From NCBI GenBank assembly GCA_048938025.1, contig JBHLMP010000034.1, positions 1 through 42,695 on the forward strand: 42,695 bases of DNA. Reading direction: 5' to 3'. The notes under the pieces are model-generated. The model was given only the letters and a program-made list of their open reading frames with translations, was not told where the DNA came from and did not search any database. The DNA comes from Promethearchaeota archaeon (GTDB lineage Archaea > Asgardarchaeota > Lokiarchaeia > Sigyniarchaeales > SOKP01). The first letter of the stretch is position 1. Each line of letters opens with the position of its first letter. A program made the position numbers and the translations under genes. This document shows, in pieces, positions 20,783-28,840 of the stretch.

Positions 20783-21733
20783 CTAAATTAATTGTTCTTT
20801 AACTATCTTCAAGAACGGATCTATAGAAATAAAAGGAGAAACACCTTGTAATTCATGATTTTTAACTAAACCTAATAAATTAGGATCCATTCCAAACGCT
20901 ACGCCCAAGAGTTGGGTAATATATATTACAGGAATGTGAAATGGTTCTCCAATAATATCCGAATAGTAATTATTTACTTCAACCTGCCCTAGGTCTAATT
21001 GAAGGTGGCAAAAGGGACAACAATTAATGATAATATCAACCCCCGCATCTCTCATATTCACTAATTTCTCCCGTGTAAAATCTGCTGCAACCTCTTTAAC
21101 AGCAGTTCTGACAGCTCCTCCTGCGCCACAACACATATATTTATCTTTATAATCTATACTTTTAGCCCCTGTAATTTCAACAATCTCGTCAAGAAATCTA
21201 GGAATCTCATATTCACCATTCCAAGGTCTTTTTTCACTTGGTTTTACAATATGACAACCATAATGTACTGCTACCTTTAAATCTGAAAATTTAAGTTTAA
21301 TGAAATCTTTTAAATAGTCTAATCCCATGTCAAGATACAAAGCTTGAACCACATGTTTAGGTTCGAGATTCCCCTTATATCTACGACCAATTTTCGCAAG
21401 ATATTCGTTAACTTCTTTTTTTTTATCATAATCATGTTCAAGCTCATACCACGCATCTCTAAGAGTTCCATAGCATCCATTACAACCAGTAATTGGACTT
21501 ACTCCTAGTTCTTCCGCAATAGAAATATTTCTTGCAGCAATTACAAACCAAGTTGGTATATGAAATGCTCTAAATACACCGGGAGCAGGACAACATGATG
21601 CACCAGGTAAGTCTAAAAGCTCAGCACCAAGATGGTCGAAAACACTCCTAATTGAGACTTCAATCATAGGATAACGGTTAGGTATTACACATCCTAAAAA
21701 AAAACCATAATGCCATTTATAATCGTCATTCAT
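20783..21733 (-). CDS. hdrB: Heterodisulfide reductase subunit B
   Basis: Motifs FLGCVIPNRYP, SCCPAPG, CNGCYG, HYGCH, CCGAGG and CPFCHLQLD. Confidence 0.95.
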   Translation of the reverse strand: MNDDYKWHYGFFLGCVIPNRYPMIEVSIRSVFDHLGAELLDLPGASCCPAPGVFRAFHIPTWFVIAARNISIAEELGVSPITGCNGCYGTLRDAWYELEHDYDKKKEVNEYLAKIGRRYKGNLEPKHVVQALYLDMGLDYLKDFIKLKFSDLKVAVHYGCHIVKPSEKRPWNGEYEIPRFLDEIVEITGAKSIDYKDKYMCCGAGGAVRTAVKEVAADFTREKLVNMRDAGVDIIINCCPFCHLQLDLGQVEVNNYYSDIIGEPFHIPVIYITQLLGVAFGMDPNLLGLVKNHELQGVSPFISIDPFLKIVKEQLI

Positions 21734-21735
21734 CT

Positions 21736-22338
21736 TTATTTCTCCTTATCTTTTTTCTCTGCTTTAGCTCTTTCTTCTTTTAATTTAGCTGCATTATCTA
21801 GTAATTTTTTAAATCCTACAGCATTCATCAATTCTTGGCATTCTTTTACCGCTTCAGGATAAGAATGAACAGTAGGAGGTAATGGTGGCAACCCATAAGA
21901 TTCCCTTAAATCCCTCCATCTTTTATTATTTTCACCATTTGCAGGAACACCATGTCCCGTAGCATAAAAAATATCATTAGCTAATCCAAAATGAGAATCT
22001 AAAATATAACCTTCTTCCACCGCAATATTTCTAAGTTTGATTATCATATCAGTAACAGGAATATCTCTAGGACAGCGCTCATAACAATAATAACAAGTTG
22101 AGCATAGCCATATATCAATATCTTTTAGTACAGATTCATCTCCAGTTAAAGCTCTTCTAATAGCAGAACGTGTTCGATAAGCAGTTCTTCTGCCAGAAGG
22201 ACAACTACCAGTACAAGTACCACAATTAATACATGCCCTAATCATTTCTAATCCTGCATCAACAAATTTTTGAGCAATCCTAGAACTCGTAGATTTGTAT
22301 ACTTTTCTTTTAATATACTTTTCCACATTTTCACTCAT
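21736..22338 (-). CDS. hdrC: Heterodisulfide reductase subunit C
   Basis: Motifs CINCGTCTGSCPSGRRT and WLCSTCYYCYERCPR. Confidence 0.93.
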   Translation of the reverse strand: MSENVEKYIKRKVYKSTSSRIAQKFVDAGLEMIRACINCGTCTGSCPSGRRTAYRTRSAIRRALTGDESVLKDIDIWLCSTCYYCYERCPRDIPVTDMIIKLRNIAVEEGYILDSHFGLANDIFYATGHGVPANGENNKRWRDLRESYGLPPLPPTVHSYPEAVKECQELMNAVGFKKLLDNAAKLKEERAKAEKKDKEK

Positions 22339-22586
22339 ATTTAATTCAAATCACTTAAATAATTCTAAACTTGATTTGCAATTTTGTAAAAAAGTCTGAG
22401 CTTTACTTTTTTAATTTGTTTGAACAAACAATTTTAATTAACAATCTTAAGAAGTGAAAAGTAGTTTTATTAAAAAAATTTGTTATCAATATTTAATAAC
22501 TAAATTCATTGTATTGGTTATTTCTTATATCTAATATTTTTATAAGAAAACTAAATTAGGATTAATATCCAATATATTTTTTAACT

Positions 22587-22805
22587 TCAATTATAAATTT
22601 TATCCAATTCTTCTAAATATCTGATTTGTTTTTTTTCAGATAAAAAAGCTAGTTCTTTAACTATAGATTTTTTCTTCTTATCAGATACATTTAAGGTTTC
22701 TAATTTTATCCTAACATTTTTTGGCAATACAGAATAAATTCTTTTCAAATATAGTTTTACTTCTTTAATTTCTTCAAAATTTCCTTCTGTTAAATCATCT
22801 CTAAT
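22587..22805 (-). CDS. Small helical hypothetical protein (72 aa) with a probable ATT start; missing from the ORF track
   Basis: Translates as IRDDLTEGNFEEIKEVKLYLKRIYSVLPKNVRIKLETLNVSDKKKKSIVKELAFLSEKKQIRYLEELDKIYN*. A GGTGG SD lies 5 nt before the ATT, and an in-frame TAA lies immediately before it. Composition looks protein-like. Confidence 0.6.
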   Translation of the reverse strand: MRDDLTEGNFEEIKEVKLYLKRIYSVLPKNVRIKLETLNVSDKKKKSIVKELAFLSEKKQIRYLEELDKIYN

Positions 22806-22901
22806 TTATACCACCAAATTTTTATACATAGGCTTAACAACATAAGTTTATATCGATTTATATTACAGTTTATTTATTTTAATTTTATCTAATTTAATTA
22901 T

Positions 22902-22931
22902 ACTCCAATTTATTAATAAAAAAATTGGAGT
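22902..22931. promoter_or_regulatory. Perfect 10-bp inverted repeat (ACTCCAATTT-N10-AAATTGGAGT); operator or hairpin
   Basis: Seen directly in the intergenic region. Function inferred only. Confidence 0.4.
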
Positions 22932-23118
22932 CCAATACTTCAAAACTCAAATTTCAAAAAAATGAATTTCAATTTTGAAATTAAAAAGATAAGATGATAA
23001 AATACTTTATTTTTAGCAAATATTTAAACTTGTGTTAATATATGAATAAATATTAATTCAGAATTATTTCCATTTAGCGAAAATCCAATTATCTTTACTA
23101 TTTTTTTATTGAAAGGAA

Positions 23119-24171
23119 TTATAGTTCATATTCTAATATTATGTGGGTTTTACATTTTATACCACCCATTTTTTCTGCAGCACTCCTATTAGCTTTATTT
23201 TCTGCACCTACAGGCCAATATCCCCACTTTATAAAGTTATTGGTCTTTCTATTTATTCCCCTTAAAGAAGTTTCTCCATACATTAACATTGCAAGACCAT
23301 TACGTCTATGATCAATATCTACCACCCAATCATGAAAACTTATTGAATCCAATCTACCATATTTATCCTTACTAAATATATTAGGAATTACATATCCACA
23401 AGCAACTATCTTTTTGGTTGGTTTATAATATACTACCCACATCATCCACTCTTTACCAAATGAAAAGATAAAATCAACGAAATTTTTAAGGTTTAACGAT
23501 TTTTTTGGAGTTATCTGAGCAGATGGGGGTTGAAATTTAATATGAAGTTCCAACATTTCATCTATTACTTTCCAAATACCGTTTTTACCAGGATTAGCAT
23601 ATTCATAATTTGAAAAATCATATCCAGGCAACTTATGTGGGTTCATTTTTAATGCAGGAACACGATATCTATCTTCTTCAAATTTGATATAAAAATTCTT
23701 ATCAAAAAATGCCGATTGATATATAGGAGGATTAATGGGACAACCTATAAATAAATCTTTGTAACTTCCTTCAACCATAAATCCCCATCCATAAATTAAA
23801 GTTGGTATATTAATTGGTCCTCTAATTCTTTTATAATTATTTTCGATTGAATATTCGATTAATTTATCTCTCAAAAATTCAATTTTTTCTTTACTATGAT
23901 CATAAACGCCAAAATAGCCAAAAAATAGGGTATCTCCTTTATCGTCATATACAAGAACTATTCCTACCACTTGATCTGTATTTGTTTTGAATCTAGTCTC
24001 CTTTATTTGTTCCTCAAGTAAGATTGCTTTAGCTCTATAACCTTCAATATCCGCAAGAATATACTTGTGAAATTCAGGTAAGACCGGAATATTTATTCCG
24101 ATCTGTAAATATTTCAGAATTTCTTGAGGATTTTCTGTAATTCTTGTACTTATTTTTGAGTTAAAATGCAT
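23119..24171 (-). CDS. GNAT-superfamily protein, YghO-like
   Basis: Motifs LFFGYFG..D, RIRGPIN, NPPIYQ, VDIDHRRNGLA (acyl-CoA motif A) and ENKAN...AEKMGG. Confidence 0.65.
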   Translation of the reverse strand: MHFNSKISTRITENPQEILKYLQIGINIPVLPEFHKYILADIEGYRAKAILLEEQIKETRFKTNTDQVVGIVLVYDDKGDTLFFGYFGVYDHSKEKIEFLRDKLIEYSIENNYKRIRGPINIPTLIYGWGFMVEGSYKDLFIGCPINPPIYQSAFFDKNFYIKFEEDRYRVPALKMNPHKLPGYDFSNYEYANPGKNGIWKVIDEMLELHIKFQPPSAQITPKKSLNLKNFVDFIFSFGKEWMMWVVYYKPTKKIVACGYVIPNIFSKDKYGRLDSISFHDWVVDIDHRRNGLAMLMYGETSLRGINRKTNNFIKWGYWPVGAENKANRSAAEKMGGIKCKTHIILEYEL

Positions 24172-24337
24172 GGATTAAATGTAAATTGTTTTTTATTTTC
24201 TCAATTTAAATAAAAATTTGAAAAATTATATTAAAATAATTATTTGTTATTATTATATTTAGCTTTTAATCTGAGATAAGTTAAAACTAGTTTTACAACT
24301 TTATAAAATTAAAAGATATTTAGAGTTAGAATTAAAA

Positions 24338-25054
24338 TTATAAACTGTGTATCCAAGCGTAATAAATCAATGCTGTAGATGGTAGAAAAACAATCGATGT
24401 AGTGATACTCCAAATTGTCCTAAAAATAGAATTATCCCATGTATTATATAAAACTAAACCATATAAAGTGAAAGCTAACCCAAAAATTCCCAAATAGAAG
24501 TATCTTAATTTTTTCTTTAGATTAGTATCTTCAAAACTTTTATATAATTTAACTGAAAGAAAGTATAAAGGTAAAAGGATAAAAAAGGTGATAAAAAGGT
24601 AAATAACAATAAGAAATAGCCAAGAAAATATAGGTCTCCATTCAGTACTCTCGTTAATTTTTATTCCTTGAGGTATTAGAAGGGATAAAATAAGAAGAAA
24701 AATATATAATATTATATATATTCGCTCTAGCTTTGAAATACTCTGTTTTTCTGTTTTAAAAATAATAATATTAAATAATACGAGGAAAATTGGTCCTAAA
24801 AGGATAAAAAAGATTGATAGTAAAACTAAAATTGTAACTAAAGGATTTATCTCAAAAGGTACATAAACAGCATTAAGAATAAACCCAATTGAAATTGATA
24901 TGTAAAAAAAACTTAAAGTTAAAGTCAATCTATTCCGATTTCTTTTAAGAATTTTATACGCTGTAAATAAAAGGATAAAACTAAATAATAGTTGTGATAC
25001 ATAGATTAAAAATAATCGATTAAAATCATTTTCAGAAAATATCAAAAAAAACAT
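24338..25054 (-). CDS. Polytopic membrane protein with about 7 TM helices, HisKA_7TM-like, stand-alone
   Basis: About seven hydrophobic segments with short loops and no soluble output domain. Confidence 0.7.
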   Translation of the reverse strand: MFFLIFSENDFNRLFLIYVSQLLFSFILLFTAYKILKRNRNRLTLTLSFFYISISIGFILNAVYVPFEINPLVTILVLLSIFFILLGPIFLVLFNIIIFKTEKQSISKLERIYIILYIFLLILSLLIPQGIKINESTEWRPIFSWLFLIVIYLFITFFILLPLYFLSVKLYKSFEDTNLKKKLRYFYLGIFGLAFTLYGLVLYNTWDNSIFRTIWSITTSIVFLPSTALIYYAWIHSL

Positions 25055-25207
25055 ATATTTATAATTCTCTATTTAATATCTTTAAAAATTATTATTCTTG
25101 AATTAATATAAATTAAATTTACTAATTTAAATATCAAATCTATTATCATATTAAACACTAAGATCTATAATTACGATATCTAAATCTTGACTATCTGAAT
25201 ATTCTTA

Positions 25208-26452
25208 TTATTTAATTATACTTTTAATTAATTCTTGTTCAAATGATTCAAATTTTAAAGCTTCAATGAGCATTCTTGTTTCTGGGATAGTTTCAAAATT
25301 CCATTTAATATTTTCTGGATAATGACAAAAAATTATGTTATCTTCAAAAGTATCATTCCTTTTATTATAATTCCAGCAAGGAATATATCCTGTTGGCTTA
25401 AATCCAGCGTTGAGAAATATTTTTTGATGTGAAGGATGATAAGCTGATACAAATATTTCAAAATACCTGATTTTCAATTCATTAATATATTCTTTTACTA
25501 TTTGGAGAAATATAAATAGTTCTTCTGAATTTCTAACTTTATAAATTGCTTTTTCAACACTTTTGTTGCCAAAATTATAAAGAAATTTAAAATAAGAATT
25601 AGAATCTTTCAGACTAAGTTTTATACTCCTATAAGAATGTTTTTTAATTTTTATTTTTTTGAACAAATTTTCCTTTATTTTTTTTAGTTTTATAGAATTG
25701 AATTTAATTTCTGGATTTTCAATAATAGGAGTCCCTAAATGGTAAAGGCTGTTCGAATATACATAGCAATTTAAAACTTGTCGAATTATTTTTGGCTCAT
25801 TCTTACTACGATTTTGTTTTAAAACCTTTTTATTAAAAATTATGTGCATGAAATCTGATTCAATTTTATTAAAAAAGATATCTTTATTCGGGAAAAAAGC
25901 AATAGGAATTAGTCCACATAAATTTTCGGCATATTGACTCGTATTATGAGCAGTACGAGTTTCACTATACCATATTAAAATATTTTCTTTATAAATTTTA
26001 TATAACATACATAAACTCCCCGCAAATGCTCCAACTGAGTCTATAAAACGTCTGTAATTCTCTTTTATAATAAATCCAAAGTAAAAGGCTCTTTTTTTCT
26101 TAAATTCTAAATGAACTCCAAAACAACCTACAAAAATATTAGGCTTGATTTTAAACAAAAACCAATGATAGGATGGATCTTTGATCATATTGCATATTTC
26201 ATCAATATTTTGAACTTCTCTGTAAGGATACATACCCAAATAAGTATTTAAAAACAAATCAACTATTTTTTTTGCATCTTCTGGCTTAGCAAGTTGAATC
26301 ATTGGTGATATTTTATTTGATGGTCGCCGAAAATCCCATTCGAAATCAAATGATATTTCTTTTTCAAGATTAAGGGAATCAAATCCTTTAAAATGCTCTA
26401 AATAATCTTCTATAGTGATAATAGGTCTTTCTATTAATTTATTAGTGAGCAT
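25208..26452 (-). CDS. Hypothetical protein with probable tandem GNAT folds
   Basis: Motifs IQLAKPEDA, YPY, ETRTAH..SQ, AFFPNKD and HQKIFLNAGFKPTGYIP. Confidence 0.6.
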   Translation of the reverse strand: MLTNKLIERPIITIEDYLEHFKGFDSLNLEKEISFDFEWDFRRPSNKISPMIQLAKPEDAKKIVDLFLNTYLGMYPYREVQNIDEICNMIKDPSYHWFLFKIKPNIFVGCFGVHLEFKKKRAFYFGFIIKENYRRFIDSVGAFAGSLCMLYKIYKENILIWYSETRTAHNTSQYAENLCGLIPIAFFPNKDIFFNKIESDFMHIIFNKKVLKQNRSKNEPKIIRQVLNCYVYSNSLYHLGTPIIENPEIKFNSIKLKKIKENLFKKIKIKKHSYRSIKLSLKDSNSYFKFLYNFGNKSVEKAIYKVRNSEELFIFLQIVKEYINELKIRYFEIFVSAYHPSHQKIFLNAGFKPTGYIPCWNYNKRNDTFEDNIIFCHYPENIKWNFETIPETRMLIEALKFESFEQELIKSIIK

Positions 26453-26691
26453 TTTAATTCCCCATTTTCTAACTAAATCTTATGATTTTTTACACACAAA
26501 AAATACTAAATAAAATTACTCCTTCCATTTATATAAAGTTTGTTTTTCTTGGTAATATTTCACGATCTTTTTACAATAATCAATAAAAATCAAAATTTTA
26601 AAAAATAAAAAAAAAAAGAAAAAATATATATATATTAATATTTGAATTTAAAATAAAATTTAATTGATTTGTCTTTAAAAAGTTTATTTTT

Positions 26692-27084
26692 ATGCAATTA
26701 ATAAATGCAGTATCTTTAAAGGAAATTTCTCATGGAAAGAGGTATTTGGAAGAAAGAAAAGATACAAAAGCAGAAAAATGTTTAAAAAAAGTAATTGAGA
26801 AAAATCCATCAAATGATGAAGCTTGGCTTTATCTAGGGATAGCAAGACGTCGTTTAAAGAAAATTGATGGTGCTATAAAATGTTTTAAAAACGCTACAGA
26901 ATTGAATGGATCAAGGGAAGAAGCATGGGGATTACTCACAATTACTCTAATTGATGATGGAAAAATTACTAGCGCAAAAAAAATAATTGAAGAGGCATTA
27001 AGATTAAATCCTAGAAATGAACGAATTAGATATTTAAATAAAAATTTAATACATATTTATAGGAAATTTGGGCCTTTCTTTTAA
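26692..27084 (+). CDS. Tetratricopeptide repeat protein
   Basis: TPR-type segments NPSNDEAWLYLG, AIKCFKNATELN, EEAWGLL and ALRLNPRN. Confidence 0.85.
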   Translation: MQLINAVSLKEISHGKRYLEERKDTKAEKCLKKVIEKNPSNDEAWLYLGIARRRLKKIDGAIKCFKNATELNGSREEAWGLLTITLIDDGKITSAKKIIEEALRLNPRNERIRYLNKNLIHIYRKFGPFF

Positions 27085-27103
27085 GTTCTTAATATATTTA
27101 TCA

Positions 27104-27370
27104 TTAAAAGAATTCAGGATGTTTCTTTTCAATATTATTTAAGGTTTTAACAAGAGAATAAAGAAGTTTCTCATTTTTATATTGGTTTATTGTTTCAGAG
27201 AGTTTATCTAAGATTTTATTTGCTAATTTTATATCTTCCTTAGTATAATAATGAGTTTTATTTTTAAAAATTAAATCAAATTCCTCTTCAAACCAATTCA
27301 ACTTTCGCTGAAATTCTCTTTTTAATGATTCTTCTTTATTAAATTCTAAATTCATACGGCTCCTCAACAT
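27104..27370 (-). CDS. Small hypothetical protein (88 aa), paralog of 27826-28092
   Basis: Shares EF..L.WFEEEFDL.F, LAN.ILD.LSETIN.Y.NEKLL and TLNNIEKKHPE with the neighbouring copy. Confidence 0.8.
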   Translation of the reverse strand: MLRSRMNLEFNKEESLKREFQRKLNWFEEEFDLIFKNKTHYYTKEDIKLANKILDKLSETINQYKNEKLLYSLVKTLNNIEKKHPEFF

Positions 27371-27444
27371 TGCAATCTGTAAAAAAAATCACAGACCAAC
27401 AATTTAATAAAGTACATATTTAAAAATATATCTCAAATACTTAC

Positions 27445-27467
27445 TTTTCACGTTAGTATTATGAAAA
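27445..27467. promoter_or_regulatory. Putative transcription-factor site TTTTCA-N4-AGTA-N3-TGAAAA, upstream of the TATA-like element of 27104-27370
   Basis: Same motif, spacer and offset from ATTTAAAAAT as at 28158-28180. Confidence 0.6.
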
Positions 27468-27501
27468 AAGAGAAATTTAACCATTTGGCTATATTTAAAA
27501 A

Positions 27502-27561
27502 GAATTGAAAAATTAAAGATACTTACCCTATAATTTAGTTCTGATTCAACCGAAATTTTCC
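27502..27561 (-). pseudogene. Decayed fragment of a histidine kinase ATPase-domain C-terminus
   Basis: 47/60 ungapped nucleotide identity to 28858-28917. Reads RKISVESELNYRVSIFNFSI versus GKIWVESEGRNKGSTFYFSI. Confidence 0.6.
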
Positions 27562-27825
27562 TACATCTATATGTGTATAAATGAAATCTACTGTTTACTT
27601 TTTATTAGTATTCTAGATTAACTTTCAGAGTATTAAATTCTTTTTAAAGATTCATAAACTGTCTAACTAATCATAATAACAATTTAAATTAATATTGTCT
27701 TGTGTGTAAAATAAGATCTTCAATCATAATTGTTTGTATAATCCTTTCTATGAAATAAATAGTAAAATCTAAAATATTAGTTAAGATAAGACATTAATTA
27801 AAATCCTTGAGAAATCCACCTCAAT

Positions 27826-28092
27826 TTAAAAGATTTCTGGATGCTTTTTCTCAATATTGTTTAAAGTATAAACCAATTCAGTAAGTAATTTTTCATTAGG
27901 GTAAGCATTTATGGTTTCACTTAAAATATCTAGAATTTGATTAGCAAGAGATTCTTCTCTTTTGGTAAGTCTAGATTTACCATTGAATAATAAATCGAAT
28001 TCCTCTTCAAACCAAAGTAAATCTCTTCTAAATTCACTCTTTAATATTTTATGATAGTCATAACTTAAAGTCATACGTCTCCTCAAAGGCAT
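27826..28092 (-). CDS. Small hypothetical protein (88 aa), paralog of 27104-27370
   Basis: Same length and shared motifs as the first copy. Confidence 0.8.
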   Translation of the reverse strand: MPLRRRMTLSYDYHKILKSEFRRDLLWFEEEFDLLFNGKSRLTKREESLANQILDILSETINAYPNEKLLTELVYTLNNIEKKHPEIF

Positions 28093-28157
28093 ATAAATTC
28101 AAATAGCCTAACATAATAATTATAGTACCCATTTAAAAATTTATGCACTTTATTGGT

Positions 28158-28180
28158 TTTTCAAGAAAGTAATTTGAAAA
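28158..28180. promoter_or_regulatory. Putative transcription-factor site TTTTCA-N4-AGTA-N3-TGAAAA, upstream of 27826-28092
   Basis: Inverted repeat starting 27 nt from the start of ATTTAAAAAT (28131), the same geometry as copy 1. Confidence 0.6.
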
Positions 28181-28303
28181 GAAAGAATTTAATCTAGAAT
28201 AGTTAAATTACGTCGGATTTATTAACAATTTTCCTTTAAGATTATAAATAAATACAATAAAATATTTTGATTAATTTATAAAATCTTTTAATCAGAATAA
28301 CCA

Positions 28304-28681
28304 TTATAAAGGAAAATTCGGATTTACTTTAAATAGATCTTTACCATGAATAATATTTTTTAGTTCGATTATAATTCTGTTTACATCATTATTTCCTTTT
28401 ATTTTTGAGTTATAGAGCTGAGAAAATTCTTCTTGAGTATGTCTACTATTCTGAATTTTAAATGAGGTGATTGAATAATTAGCTTTTTTATGAGAGCCTG
28501 AAAGCACAAGAAGACGAGGATATTTTCTTTTCAGAAAGGCCTTCTTTTCTCTTAACGTTATTTTAAATACATCATCAGAATCTTTAACATCTTCTAAAGA
28601 TATATTTTTCTACTTCTCAATTTTCTTAATAAGATTTCTAAATTCACTATTAACTTCTTGCTTTCTAGTAAATATACCCAT
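28304..28681 (-). pseudogene. 125-codon hypothetical gene interrupted by one in-frame TAG at codon 24
   Basis: GAGGAG SD plus ATG at 28681. Reads MGIFTRKQEVNSEFRNLIKKIEK*KNISLEDVKDSDDVFKITLREKKAFLKRKYPRLLV, continuing in frame into the 28304-28507 ORF. The TAG is at 28610-28612. Confidence 0.65.
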
Positions 28682-28770
28682 TTGTCTCCTCAAAAACTAC
28701 TATAAACCATAAATATTTATGATCTACCATAAATAATAAAATTCATATTTAAAAACCTATTTTAAATAAT

Positions 28771-28793
28771 AATTCGAAATAGTAATGCGAAAA
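28771..28793. promoter_or_regulatory. Variant of the same motif (AATTCG-N4-AGTA-N3-CGAAAA), upstream of 28304-28681
   Basis: Symmetric A>G/T>C change in both half-sites, with the same 11-nt spacer and central AGTA. Offset of 24 nt from ATTTAAAAAC. Confidence 0.45.
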
Positions 28794-28840
28794 AAGGAAT
28801 TTCAATAGGTTTCTTATAATAGTTGATTAAAGATTAGTAA

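Noticed and set aside
10422-22338. Selenocysteine recoding in HdrA and MvhD, which is known from some Asgard archaea and methanogens
   Set aside because: All the relevant positions are Cys codons (TFPTxDCSxC, CNWC, GCHxGDCHY). There is no in-frame TGA and no SECIS-like element that I could identify.
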